Origin: Eledone cirrhosa
Lineage: Eukaryota
Reading direction: 5' to 3'
DNA length: 64,000 nt
Assembly: GCA_964016885.1 (NCBI GenBank)
Contig: OZ024740.1
Location: forward strand, 82,150,001 to 82,214,000
Each line of letters starts with the position of its first letter. Positions within the stretch are counted from its first letter, which is position 1. The notes beneath the pieces were generated by a model, which ran no database searches, had not been told where the DNA came from, and worked only from the letters and a program-made list of their open reading frames with translations. Both the position numbers and the translations under genes were made by a program. Positions 1-13,849 of the stretch are shown piece by piece.

Positions 1-43
1 CTTTGCGGAGTTCACGATAATACGATTTCCTACGTAGGTCGCC

Positions 44-76
<33 letters not shown>

Positions 77-123
77 CAATGACTGAGATTCAAGGAATAA
101 CAATGATAATAATAATAATAATA
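44..123 (+). repeat. (TAA)n microsatellite containing a ~20-bp 3' tip of a Dong element (77-95)
   Basis: caatgactgagattcaagg matches the 3' terminus of the longer copies (e.g. 53869-53887) and has TAA repeats on both sides. Confidence 0.8.
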
Positions 124-672
124 GTAAACAATTTACCACATTCTGAGAAGTGGTATGAGCATAAGGCAGAGTCGGTGATAGAAAGCGATCAGGTGAAGGT
201 GCTGTGGGATTTTAGGGTACAGACGGACAAGAAACTGGAACACAATAGACCTGACCTGGTGGTTTTGGACAAAAAAAAAAGATCGTGCCTGATTGTGGAT
301 GTGGCCTGCGCATTCGACACAAGAGTGCAAGAGAAGGAGAGGGAAAAAATTAACCGATACCAGGAATTAAAGTGGGAGGTAAAAAGGATATGGAACTGCC
401 ATGAAGTCAAAGTGGCCCCGATTGTCATAGGCGCAATAGGTACTATCTCAAAAATGTTTCCAGGGAGGGTTAAAGAAAATTGGCCCCACCATGCTTTTTG
501 GAATGCTTCAAAAGGCATGCTTGCTGGGAACAGCAAGAACCCTCCGATACGTCCTGAATATCTGAGGCTGCAGGTAATGGCTTGATATTCATTTCAACAA
601 ACTTTCCAGTTAACTAACATCAATGACTGAGACTCAAAGAACAACAATAATAATAATAATAATAATAATAAT
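124..672 (+). mobile_element. 5'-truncated R4/Dong-clade non-LTR retrotransposon (family A): RLE domain, 3' UTR, (TAA)n tail
   Basis: ORF 79-585 VLWDF..HNRPDLVV..IVDVA..EKEREKINRYQEL is a PD-(D/E)xK restriction-like endonuclease; shared 3' UTR then TAA tail. Confidence 0.9.
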
Positions 673-675
673 ATG

Positions 676-1114
676 TGTGCTATGGGATTTTAGGATACAG
701 AAGGACAAGAAACTGGAACACAATAGGCCTGACCTGGTGGTTTTGGACAAGGAAAAAAGATTGTGCCTGATTGTAGATGTAGCCTTCCCATTTGACACAA
801 AGTGCAAGAAAAGGAGAGGGAGAAAATTAACCGATACCAGGACTTAAAGTGGGAGGTAAAAAGGATTTGGAATTGCCATGAAGTCAAAGTTGCCCCAATT
901 GTCATAGGCGCACTAGGTACTATCTCAAAAAGTTTCCAAGGATGGTTAAAGAAAATTAGTCCAGCCTCGCTTTTTGGAACACTTCAAAAGGCATGCTTTC
1001 TGGGAACAGCAGAAAACCTCCGATACGTCCTGAATATCTTAGGCTGCAGGTAACGGCTTGATATTCATTTCAACAAACTTTCCAGTTAAATAACATCAAT
1101 GACTGAGACTCAAA

Positions 1115-1160
<46 letters not shown>

Positions 1161-1183
1161 TATAATAATAATATTAATAATAA
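676..1183 (+). mobile_element. Second 5'-truncated Dong family A copy with (TAA)n tail
   Basis: Same RLE C-terminus (IVIGALGTISK..LQKACFLGTA) and 3' UTR; TAA run 1116-1183. Confidence 0.9.
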
Positions 1184-1435
1184 TGATTTCTTTATTAACC
1201 ACAAGGGTTTACATAAAGTAGACATTAAGGACAGTGCAGGACAATACAGGACGGTACAAATGGGCATTTCTGCGTGTAAAAACCAAAAACAGAGGATGTA
1301 ACAAAAAAATAACAATGAAAAATTCCCCAATAGGGGGGAGACTTCCGAGGGACATTTGTGGAGAAAGCCCATTAAAAGGCCACGGTAACCCTGACCACTA
1401 GAGCAAGTGCCCTCTCCCAGTTTTCCACCTTTAAT

Positions 1436-4400
1436 TTACAGACAGATACTCAGAGTAGGCCCATTCACTCGGGCCATACTTGCTTCTCTCACCCATCTTT
1501 CAAAAAAATGCTGGGAAGAGAGCACATCCCTCTCTACCCTGATTTTCCTTTTCAAATGAAATTTGAAAAAGTTAATCAGGGCATCACCGAAAAGGTAAGT
1601 GCTCGTCTTCAGCCCTTTCAAACGTGTCCACCATACTATCTCTTTCGCCATGGCTACCAGACAGATAAAAACTGCCTACCCTTCCCGGCTAAAGGAAGAA
1701 GGCGGGGCAATCCTCACGATGGACTCCGCTCATAGCTGGATCCCTCCTACACGTGACAGCAGGTGTTCGAAATAAACCCACAAGTCAGCAATTTTCGGAC
1801 ACTGGACGAGTGCGTGCAGGACGGCTTCGTCGCCCTGCGCGCATCTCGGACATGCCCGGCTGACGCCACCTCCATGCCTGTAGAGTTTATCCCGAACTGG
1901 CAAAGCTCCTCGGTAGCACTGCCAGGCCAGGGATTTCTGGAAGTTGTCCATAGGCCCCGGCCCGAAAGTTCTTCCGAAGAGATTGGCTAGTTGATTTTCG
2001 TCGACGCCTAGAGTTTCCCCAAGCATGTCGTCGCTCTTCCCCTCCACTAGTCATCTATAGAACGCCGAGGTCGAGTTTCCATCGATCACATTGCCCGATT
2101 GGTCGAGGGCTGTGAGCGCCTGAAAACATTCAAGTCTCCAAGCACTCCCTCTCGGTCTTCGCTTGACCCAGGACTGCAGCTCCGTCAAGGAGACGAGCTG
2201 GAGAAAGACGTGTCTAGAAAACGACGACCACACCTGATCACCGTCGAGGAAGAGGTGGAGATGTCGTAGCCTGAGCGCGTGTCTGTGCATCATCAGCCAC
2301 GGCATGCCCAGTCCTCCACGTAGCGGGTGTTGACAGCAGATGGACCGCCTGACCATCGGAGCGCGTCCCTTCCACAAAAAGCGAAAGAGCAAACGCTCCA
2401 GCGCAGTCAGGAGGGGCTTAGGACAAGGTACGACGATCAGGCGGTAGTAGATGGCGGACGCGATGTAGGCGTTAGCCACCACCGTACGACCTTTCAGGGA
2501 TAGCTTCCTCTCCACCCATTTCTGCGTGAGAGAAGCAATCCTGCTTGTTACCTCGTCCCTGTTTTTGTCCGTCTGGAGGTCCAGACCGAGCCAAAACCCT
2601 AGCAATTTAACCGTTCCGTCCGTCCAGCGCCCGATGACGCTCTTGAACGGCATGGAACTGCCTCTACAGGCGTGGAGCTTCAGGCCCACTGACTTTTCCT
2701 GGTTGATCATTGCTCCTGTCACCGCTTCGTATTCTCTTAGCGTAGTGTCGATCGCCTAGATGTGTTTGGCGTTCGACACCACTACGGGGACATCGTCCGC
2801 ATCTGCTGACACGGATCTTCCGCATCCTGGTTCGCGAGGGACCACATCAACGTCTCCAGTTTGTGCAGTAATGGCTCGAGAGTCAATACGTACAAGAGGG
2901 ACGAGAGGGGACATCCTAGCGCCACCGAGCGCATGATGTTGAACGGTTCCGAAAGGTGACCGTTCACTCTCACCACAGAGCAGATGTCGCTGTGCATGGC
3001 AGCGATCCCGCCTCCCAAGACAGGCCCAAAGCCAGCCGACCTCAGGACTGCCGCTAGGTAACGATGGTCGACCCTATCGAAAGCTTTCGACTGATTTAAA
3101 TTGATCAAAACCCCTCCCCGTGCCAGGTTCCCTAGCTACACTCTCTACGATGTCTCGCATAAGGTGGAGGTTTTCGTGGATGGATCTGTTGGGAATGGCG
3201 CATATCTGCGTCTCTCCCACCAGACCACCAACGACAAGCGCCAACCTCTTTCATAGCACATTGGCCAAAATCTTGAACTTTGTGTTTAGCAGAGTTATGG
3301 GCCTGAAATTATCTATGTTATCCCCCTTGTTCGGATCCTTTCTCAGCAGCGCCACCGCTCACCGGCTCACAGAGCTGGGAATTCTCCCGTTCTGTTGCCA
3401 GTTGCACTAGACGCCCACTAAGAGGCCTCCGAACAAGCCTGTCATCTGTACGTAAAGTGCATAGGACAGATCATCCAAACCAGGCGATTTACCACTTGTG
3501 CAGCCAGTCATTGCCTCCCGTACTTCAGCGGCTGTTATCGGCTTTTCGCAACACTCCGCCTCAGTGGCCGAGAGCCGAGGGAGTCCGTCGAGGTAGACAC
3601 TAAAGTCCATCCCTCGATCCGGCCCGCCGCTGCACCCGAACAGCTAAGCGAAGTGTTGCTGAAAAGCTTCACACATTTGCCTTGGATTGCCTTGGATTGA
3701 GTAGCATGCGCCCGTCGTGGTCCACCAAAGACCGGATCGTGGCTTTGTTGCCACAACGAGATTCTGCCACTCGGGCCCATTGAACGGCTTTTGGGACCTC
3801 GTGTCTGAGAGCTACGCATCCTAGCTCTGACAACTCAGCCTTCGTACTTTGCATTGAAGAAATGTTGAAGTGCCAATTTCGCCGCAAGTACGTCAGTCGC
3901 GATGCCCTTGCTAAGCGCCTCGTCTAATGTTCTAACTAGTTCTCCCTGTGCTCTATTTTTCTCTATAGCTAAAGCCTTACTAAATCTAATGAACTCTATT
4001 CTAATCGCTCTTTTCAGAGCAAATCACCACTTGTTGTTGACGATGGCCCGGTCGACGCTCGCTTAACTAGTTCGCTAATCCGGTCTCTGTAGGCATTGTG
4101 CGCTGGTAAGGACGCGTTTAGCTTCCAGTAGCCGGGTCCTCGTCTATGAAGCCTATATAACACAAGCACACAGATCACGATTTGTGGTCCGTGTAGCTGA
4201 CTATCTTCAATTGTGGACAGCCTATACTAGACCTATCTATTTCCCTACAAAATACTCTATCTAGATATGATCTGGATGACCCGATGCGGTTTGTCCAAAT
4301 CCATATTGGCACATACGGGAAATCCAATCGGTACCTGTCAGACAGTTCAAAAAGTCTGAGCATGTTGGCGAGGCTCTTGCACCCTCCTCCCCTATCCGCT

Positions 4401-4860
4401 AATCCCACACAGTCCCAGCGTGCATCTAAGATCTCGTTCCAGTCGCCCACTAACACTAAAGAGCGGGACGTTCCTAGAAAGGTCTCCAGACGCTGGAAGA
4501 AATCAGGCCGCCCTGCTCCTGTCGGGGCATAAATGGCCACTAGCCTGAAAGCTTGCCCTTCTCCGCTGGTCACGTCTAGCACCACCAATTTACGTTCTGG
4601 GTCCAGGAAGATGGCCCGTATGGCGAGATCCGAACCTCCCCGAAAATAACAGCAACTCCAACCCCGATCCAGGACGGCTGGGAGATGCGTACGCGCGTAC
4701 ACATCGTAGCCGCCGAGGATAGTTGCGAAGGCCCGTGGTTCGGAGATTCGGGTCTCGCTGATGGCCATTGCATCTATGTTTAGTGACCTGAGGTCGTTGA
4801 GCAGGTGGCCCTGCTTCCATGACGACCCCAAGCCACGCGCATTATTCTGAGTGAGGTTAT
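1436..4860 (-). pseudogene. Tx1-like ORF2 (AP endonuclease, reverse transcriptase, zinc finger), frameshifted
   Basis: ORF pieces 4175-4894, 3407-3610, 2782-3108, 2051-2722, 1730-2047 and 1436-1651 are in the expected domain order. Confidence 0.88.
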
Positions 4861-4894
4861 GTTGAAATGGAGTAGAAAAGATGGGAAATACCAC

Positions 4895-7007
4895 TTACCT
4901 TACTTCTCGTAGAGAAAGGATGGTTTCTCCATGCTTCTCACAGCTTGCGACCTGCTCCGGAAGGATGTCCTTATAAATCCTCCTAGAGAGTGCTTGTGGG
5001 AAGCCTCCGATGTCTTTGGGGAATTTTTGTTTTAGTGTCGTGTACGTTTTCTGTGTGATGCGAGTGATTAGTATGTGTGGTGTTGGTGTGAACTTTTGGT
5101 GTGTTCTGTAGTATTTTTCTGTGATGCTGGTGTTGTGTTGGATGTGGTGTAATAGTTGGTTGTTGTTCAAATTTAATGCTGTGTAGTGTGTATCGTTTTG
5201 GTTGTTTTATTTTGTCTGTGTTTGTTGTGGGTTTGTTTCTGTTTCGCTTTTTTGTGACTTTTGTGGTGTTGGTGATGGTGTTTGTGTTTGTGGTGATGGG
5301 GCTGGAGTGGTGGTGTGGGTGGCGATATAGCTGTCTTAACTTTTTTGTTAGTTTGTTTGTTTCGCCCTGCATTTTGTTTTTGGAGGGCGAAGGAAGAGGA
5401 TTTTTTTCTTTTTTTGTTTCTTTTTTTCTTTTTTCCAGTTACTGTTTCCCACTCCTCCTCGTCGTCACAATCTGTCTCCAGTTGCGATAGGTCGGGGAGT
5501 GGAAAATCCTCCACAGGCGTTGGTTTAAGTTGTCGCGTGGTGGATGGTGGAGGCGTTGGTGCTAATTCTGGCGCTGTGGATGGTGGTGGAGTTGGTTTTG
5601 CTACTGTTGCTGCTACAGTTGTTGGGGTTGTTGCTACTACAGTTGCTTCTGTTGGTGGTGCTACAGTTGTTGCTGCCATTTCTGCTGCTGGTTTTGATGG
5701 TTGAGTCACTGGGGTGGGTAGGAGAGGTGGCCTCAACATTTTAGCCTGAGGTCCGAAAGACTTTAGGTGGGTTCCTTTGCCACAAACGACACACCTAGGC
5801 ATTCTAGCCTTAATGATTACGGTAAGGTGGCTGCCTTCATTGAGGTCTATCCCCAGTGGAATTTCCTGTATGTATTTTCGGTTCGCTTGGATCAGGAGCT
5901 CCATCGCACATCCGGACCAGTTCCCCGGCTTTACTTTTATCACCTCAATTACTTTAGCCTCGGCCTCGATGTCGGCGAGGACGGCAGCCATTAGCCAGAG
6001 GTTTCAATGTCCGGCGGAACCTGCGTCACCCTGATCCTTACCAGCCTCTGACCACAATAGTTTGGGACGATGTGAACTCGTCACTTTTTAATGGGGCCAT
6101 GGAGTGCCCTCTCGCTTCCCGAGGGGTTCCATAGAACATGCCCACGGTTCCATATTTTTGTCCACGTCTCATATGGGTTTTTTGAGCCCACATATGTCCC
6201 AAAGCTTTTTGTATCTGGGACTCGGATGCCCGTTCCACTCAGCGCGTTTTAATATCTATCGTCCGATATGACACGGTGCATAGGTGCCGATGCTCCATGG
6301 TATTAGATGGGGGTAGGGGAGGGGGAGGCTGACCCTGTAACCGTATTTTTTTACCATTCGCTTGGCTTCATTCAATTCTTAACTGGCTTACCTCAACCGT
6401 TTCATTTTTGTTTGCCGCTTTAGCAAATGACACATTTGGTTTTGCGCTGGTGTTGATGTTGTTGTTATTCTTATTGTTGCTGTTGTTGTTATTGTTATCT
6501 TTGTTATTATTATTTTAGTGTCAGTTGTGGTGGTGGTGGTGTCTTCGGCGGGGAAGAGTTGATTTTCGGAGAATCCATTTCGATATCACGAGAAAATAGT
6601 TTATTTTTTTATTCAGTTGTCGCTTTGGTGGTGGTGGTGGTATCAGTGTTGTTGGTTGTTCTTTTTGACATTGTGGTGGTGGGGATGGCGGCTTTAATAC
6701 CTGTAGACATTGGTAATGTTGGAAAATCCATGTCTGTATGTGACAAATCTAAATAATTGCCATTGCTATTACTTATATTTTCAGTGTTGGCATTTTTTTC
6801 TGTTGTCTGTATTTTTGTTGTCGCTGTTATTGTTGTATTTGGTGTGGTAATTTTTGTAAAAATTATTGTTCTCAGTGTTGTTGTCTTTGTTCACGTTCTT
6901 TTGGTGGTGCTTGCTGTGTGAATTTCTGTAGCCCTCCTCTCAACTTTTACGCCGTTGTCACACGACAACAGACACATTGCTGGGGGGCGTGGCTCAGCCA
7001 TATTCAT
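4895..7007 (-). pseudogene. Tx1-like ORF1 (Thr/Asn-rich N-terminus, zinc-knuckle-like motif, Pro/Thr and Lys-rich tail), disrupted
   Basis: ORFs 6038-6238, 5173-5991 (RCVVCGKGTHLKSF), 4895-5170; homologous to 17085-17600 and 45800-47017. Confidence 0.75.
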
Positions 7008-7206
7008 TTTTAATTTTTAAAAGTAAAATGTTCAAATATTAATAAAATATTTAGGCCAAAAGGCCCAAATATTATACTTTCCTCTTTATAGGACAAAGTC
7101 CAAGGGCTTATATCCCTTACACAACAAGAACATTTAAACAAAAAATAATTATAACCGGTAAATAAAGCGACTTACTGGCAGCGAGCAAAATGACGCCCGA
7201 ATAGAC

Positions 7207-7372
7207 TAATAATAATAATTGTTTCTACTTTTGGCACAAGGCCAGACATTACCCAGTACATTACTGGTACTTCATTTTATCGACCCGTAAGGATGAAAGG
7301 CAAAGTTAACCTCGGCGGGATTTGAACTCAGCCCACAAAGGGCCGTAACTTTTTGCTGCAAATCCACCGCCC
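7207..7372 (-). mobile_element. tRNA-derived SINE (Meta/MESC-like core) whose (ATT)n tail abuts the Tx1 5' end
   Basis: Minus strand: B-box gagttcaaatccc, core gccgaggttaactttgcctttcatccttacgggtcgataaaatgaagtaccag, end ggccttgtgccaaaagtagaaacaattattatt. Confidence 0.85.
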
Positions 7373-7389
7373 AATAATAATAAGAAGAA

Positions 7390-10300
7390 GAAGAGAGACC
7401 TGAGGAAGCAATCGAAGCAGACAATGATCTGAATGCTGGAATAAATAACATCTGAAACAAAGAGACGGCCATTAAGGAAATGAATGCTGACGGGCTAGAG
7501 CAAGATTTGGTTGATATTCTAAACTTAGTGCTAGATGAAATGAACAATGATAGTGGAGAGTCTATGAACCTAAAATTTGTAGACAGGAAAAAGTTAAAAG
7601 AAACAACGCTATGGTAAACAAGGTCATCCCATACCTTGAGACGAGGAACCTTCACCAATGCAACAATTTCCTCAAAGCATCCGCAAATGTGGTGGAAAAA
7701 TTACTTGGTATATAAACGAGAGGAAACAACAAACAAGAAAGATCAGAACCTTGGTGGAAAAAATGACTGAATGGTCGAATCAAGGAAATGAGAAAAGACA
7801 TTGGAAAACTTGATTCTTTACTAAACGTGACATTACAAAACATAGACACTGAAGATAGATTGAAAATAAGATACAAAACTAAGGGAAACGAGCTAAGTGT
7901 TATCATAGAGGAAGGGAAGCAACGCATTGAGGCAAAAGGTACAACGATTAGGCGGTATGAGAACAGAGTTAATAAGTATAGACAGAACCGCATGTTTTAC
8001 AACAACCAGAAGATGTTGTTTGAACAGATTGAAGAGAAAGAAAGAGTTAACGACTTGATCCATCCCTGTGGCAGAACAGGCTAAGACATTCTGGAGTAGA
8101 ATATAGGAGCAGGATGTTGAACATAATAGTCAGGCAGTGTGGATTGAGACAGTTCAAAATGAAATTAGTGAACCAAGAACCTAATTTGAGTTTCACGGCT
8201 GAAAGGGTTGACCAAAAAACTAAACAACTGGAAATCACCTGGCCCAGATGGTGTGCAAGGATATTGGATACAATATATAACATCGTTCCACCCAAAACTG
8301 ACAGCCGTGTTCAATTACTGCTTCATGCCGGGTGAAGTTCCAGAATGGTTGACAAAGGGTACCACAGTTCTGGTAATGAAAGACCGAATCAAGGGTAATG
8401 AGATTACCAACTATAGACCTATCACATGTCTGGCCATAATGTGGAAACTGTTAACAAGCATTGTGTCTAAGGAAATATACTATCACCTCCACATAAACAA
8501 CTTGGTACCGAACGAACAGAAAGGATGCCGAAAGAAGTCTCGTGGTACAAAGGACCAGTTACTTATTGATAAGATGGAAAAGATAAATTGCAAGAGGAAG
8601 CATACTGGTCTTGCCATGGGATGGATAGATTAAAAAAAGGCATTCGACATGGTACCTCATTCTTGAATAAGCAAACGCCTAGAGATCTTCAAGGTTGCAG
8701 ACAACATCAGACAGCTATTAAGTAAAAGTATGAAGTCCTGGGAAACAGCGTGTAGATCAAGAGTGGCATCTTCCAAGGAGATAGTTTGTCCTCTTTGTTG
8801 TTTTTCCTTTCCCTCATAACATTGTCCCTCATATTGCGAAGAGTGAGAGCAGGATACAAGCTGGGAAGAAGGGTGCTTACCATCAAACACCTCCTCTTCA
8901 TGGACGATCTAAAACTCTTAATGGCAAAGTGAGAAGGAGGTGGTTGTACCTGTTGACACTGTCCGTATTTTCAGCAGTAATATATGTATGGAATTTGCTG
9001 TTAATAAGTGTGCAATCCTAGTGATGAAGGGGCTTAAATTGAACAGAAGCAACGGAATTCAGGTACCAAGAGGTGAGACCATAAAGGAAATTGACACTGA
9101 AGTGAGATACAATTATTTGGGTGTTCTGGAGGCAGATGGAATCAATAACAAAAAATGAAGGAACTGATAAGATCTGAATACATAAGGAGAGTAAGGATCA
9201 TATAAAATCACATCTAAGTAGTAGGAATGTCATAAGTGCAGTAAATTCACGATCTGTGTCTATTATTAGGTACAATGTGGGAATTCTGAAATGGAATGAT
9301 ACTGACCAAAAACAAATGGATAGGAAGACTAGGAAGCCTATGACTACCTACAAGCATGTTCCACAAGAGGAGTGATGTCGATAGACTCTACTTAAAGAGA
9401 TCTGAAGGTGGAATAGGTCTTATCAGAATAGAGGACTCTGTTCAGATGGAGAAAAACAGTCTGCACACATATGTGTCTGCCAGTAGGGAGCCAAAGTTCA
9501 GAGTTGTACTGAAGGGGAAGACAATTGACAAGGGGATGTCCGAGGAGGAAATAACAACAAGGAAGATGAGCAACCTTCATCGAAAATTCCTTCATAGCAC
9601 TTTCTTTGAGAAAACGGAATTCAGAGATCCACAGACATGGAACTGGTTAAAAAAGGGGACATTAAAAAAGCTACAGAAGGAATGCTAATGGCTGCGCAAG
9701 AGCAGGCCTTCAAAACGATGTGGGTGAAACACCATATTCACAAGAAGGAGGCTAGCACACTGTATAGGATCTGTGGAGAGAGAGAGGAGACTGTGGCTCA
9801 CATTGTATCCGAGTGTAATCACCTAACGCAGACTCACTATAAGGGCTGGAGACATGATGAGCAGGGTGATCCACTGGCACCTACGCAATGTAAACAATTT
9901 ACCACATTCTGAGAAGTGGTATGAGCATAAGCCAGAGTAGGTGATAGAAAACTATCAGGTGAAGGTGCTATGGGATTTCAGGATACAGGCGCACAAGAAA
10001 TTAGAACACAATAGGCCTGACCTGGTGGTTTTGGAAAAGTAAAAAAGATCATGCCTGATCGTAACCTGCCCATTTGAGAGTGAAAGAAAAGGAGAGGGAG
10101 AAAATTAACCGATATCACGAATTAAAGTGGGAGGTAAAAACGATTTGGAACTGCCATGAAATCAAGGTCGTCCCGATTGTCATAGGCGCACTAGGTACTA
10201 TCTCAAAAAGTTTCCAAGGATGGTTAAAGAAGATTAGTCCACTGGAATACTTCAAAAGGCATACTTGTTGGGAACAGCAAGAACCTCCGATATGTCTTGA

Positions 10301-10407
10301 ATATCTGTGGCTGCAGGTAGTGGCTTGATATTCATTTCAACAAACTTTCCAGTTAAATAACATCAATGACTGAGACTCAAAGAACAATAATAATAATAAA
10401 TTATAAT
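7390..10407 (+). mobile_element. Dong family A copy, 5'-truncated and decayed (RT + RLE)
   Basis: NWKSPGPDGVQ, NYRPITCL, EQKGCR, RICGEREETVAHIVSEC, RHD; TAA repeats on both sides. Confidence 0.9.
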
Positions 10408-10680
10408 GCTTTCTTTATTAACCACAAGTGTTTACACAAAGTAAGACATTAAGGACAGTACCGGACAATAGAGGACGGTACAAATTGGCATTTCTGCGTT
10501 TATAAAACAAAAACAGAGAATGTAACAAAAATAAACAATGAAAAATTCCCCAATAGGGGGGGGGGGGGACTTACGAGGGACCCTCGTGGAGAAAGCCCAT
10601 TAAAAAAAGGCACGGTGACCCTGACAACTAGGGAAAGTGCACTCTCCCAGTTTTCCACCTTTAATTTACAGGCACATACT
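10408..10680 (-). mobile_element. 3' fragment of the Tx1-like family, tail-to-tail with Dong
   Basis: Matches 1184-1450 (tttctttattaaccacaag...ttttccacctttaatttacag). Confidence 0.9.
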
Positions 10681-10682
10681 AC

Positions 10683-10890
10683 TAATAATAATGGTTTCAT
10701 TTATTGGTCTCAATGGCCGAAATATAGGGAACAATCTAATAGACGGGGAATGTTGGGATTTTACAGAAGTATCGAGTTAAATAATAGGAAAAAAATAACA
10801 ATTAACAAGAAAAATACAAGGGAAATACCCTAATACGACCACATGTAAGTGGCCATAGATTATAATCATAAGAAGGATAAATACAAACAG
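10683..10890 (-). mobile_element. 3' end of another (ATT)n-tailed LINE family
   Basis: Minus strand ends aataaatgaaacc(att)n; T-rich 3' UTR similar in style to the Tx1 end. Confidence 0.5.
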
Positions 10891-10958
10891 GTAGGATATT
10901 ATATAAGTATAGATAATATATATATATAAATACAGATAATATATATATATGTATATAT

Positions 10959-12392
<1,434 letters not shown>

Positions 12393-12412
12393 GCGCAAAG
12401 TCACGTAAGCTC

Positions 12413-12501
12413 GCATATCTGACGAGATGTCGCAAAAGAGTCGGTCCCCTTCACCTTGGTTGTACCCTGAGCTGATCGATATTGAAACAATTGTTATATG
12501 C
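12413..12501 (+). ncRNA. Type I hammerhead ribozyme (PLE-type), apparently intact
   Basis: Stem I GCAUAU/AUAUGC; CUGACGA; stem II GAUGUCG/CGAUAUU; GAAAC-AAUU-GUU with palindromic stem III; AATAAA follows at 12503. Confidence 0.8.
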
Positions 12502-13849
12502 CAATAAACATTTATCCATTGTATTCATTGAACGAAGATTTCAAAACTATATTCTCCCATTTTATTCAACGTAATATGAATGTGGGATCACTTTAATCTT
12601 TGTACACTTTCTCTTTATAGATGACCCACTTAATCTCTTCGATAATATCTTGATATTTTTATCATGTTGTGCGACAAAATAGATTTGATGGTAAATTAAC
12701 TATGTGATTGTAATGAGGGATTATATAGACGTATCGATTATATTGAAAACTTTCTTTGCTAACATTTTACCATTTGATATTCTAAGAATCAACCGAATTC
12801 TAAATGTCACTTTGAATTTTGTTTTTTTTCATTCATGTGTTGCTGGTTTAGTTTCTTCGTACTGATCATAGTTTTAGATCGATTTCTGAGTTTCAGTTTA
12901 GAAAATAATTAAATAAAATATAATTAATTAATTGTATGTTTCTCTTTATTATATTTTGGTTGATAGGTTTCAATGAAAAACTAATCTTAATTTGTAATTA
13001 AAAGTATTTTTTTATTTCATTCGTTTTCTAGATTGATCTGTTCTTCTATTTTCAGATTCCATGCAATGTTAGTATTCCCTGCAGGTTATTTCCCATGCAC
13101 ATACATTTAATGCTGCTGCTAGGGATGATATATGAAGTTAGTTATATGATTGGTGGTAATGTTGAGAAAAATTAGAAGCATTACCATCACGTTTATTAAG
13201 TTAGATAGAAATTGTGTTTGCACTGATGTTGCTGCTTTATTAATGATGGGGTATTCATGGAGCTTCGTTCTGCATTGAAAGGAATTTGGCGGGTGGGATT
13301 AATTCACCTGACAATATTTTAGCAGAGTAGAAAATGTGTAGAGTAATAATTAAATTTCCAGTTATCCCTAAAAATACCTGGGCGCGAAGATTATTCAATA
13401 CGAATTGTTTTAATTGGTGTTGGATTCTTTTTGTTGCTCATAGTGCATTATATACAGTGTACGAATAAAATAAATATAAATCATCTTGTAAAAATATGTT
13501 ATTTAGAAACGTTTTTCTATAAGTTTATTTAAAGTACGGGCGTGAAATGCAACAATATTTATTACGGAAGATCCGGTGAAAGAGCCACTAAGAAGAACAA
13601 CACCAACACTATGAAGGCAAAAACATGAACAATATCATCATCAGCTGCCGTGACCGCATAATAATCAGTAAGGAACACAAGACAAAGTCCTCAATAATGG
13701 CAAAATAAACTAGCGTTAACATTAGAATGACAGCAGAACAGACTAAACAAAATATAAAAGACCATCTTCTAAAGCAAATCCAGTAGACAATTCCATGACC
13801 ATAGAACTTCTCAAACCGGTGGAAATACGATGACGTTTCCACGCGATTG

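Larger units (their letters stand above)
1184..7206 (-). mobile_element. Near full-length, decayed Tx1/L1-like LINE (ORF1 + APE-RT ORF2)
   Basis: APE (NARGL, ISETR, VAIYAPT, LVGDWN, SYLDR, YTDHK), RT (KSPGLD, SKAFDRVDH, GCPLS), C-terminal CPRC..H..C; AATAAA then (ATT)n tail on the minus strand; (ATT)n also at the 5' end. Confidence 0.9.

Noticed and set aside
44-1183. CRISPR-like repeat-spacer array
   Set aside because: Repeats are TAA tails and the 'spacers' are homologous retrotransposon 3' ends
5176-5744. Plus-strand hydrophobic ORFs (also 46062-46900)
   Set aside because: Antisense shadows of the low-complexity Tx1 ORF1
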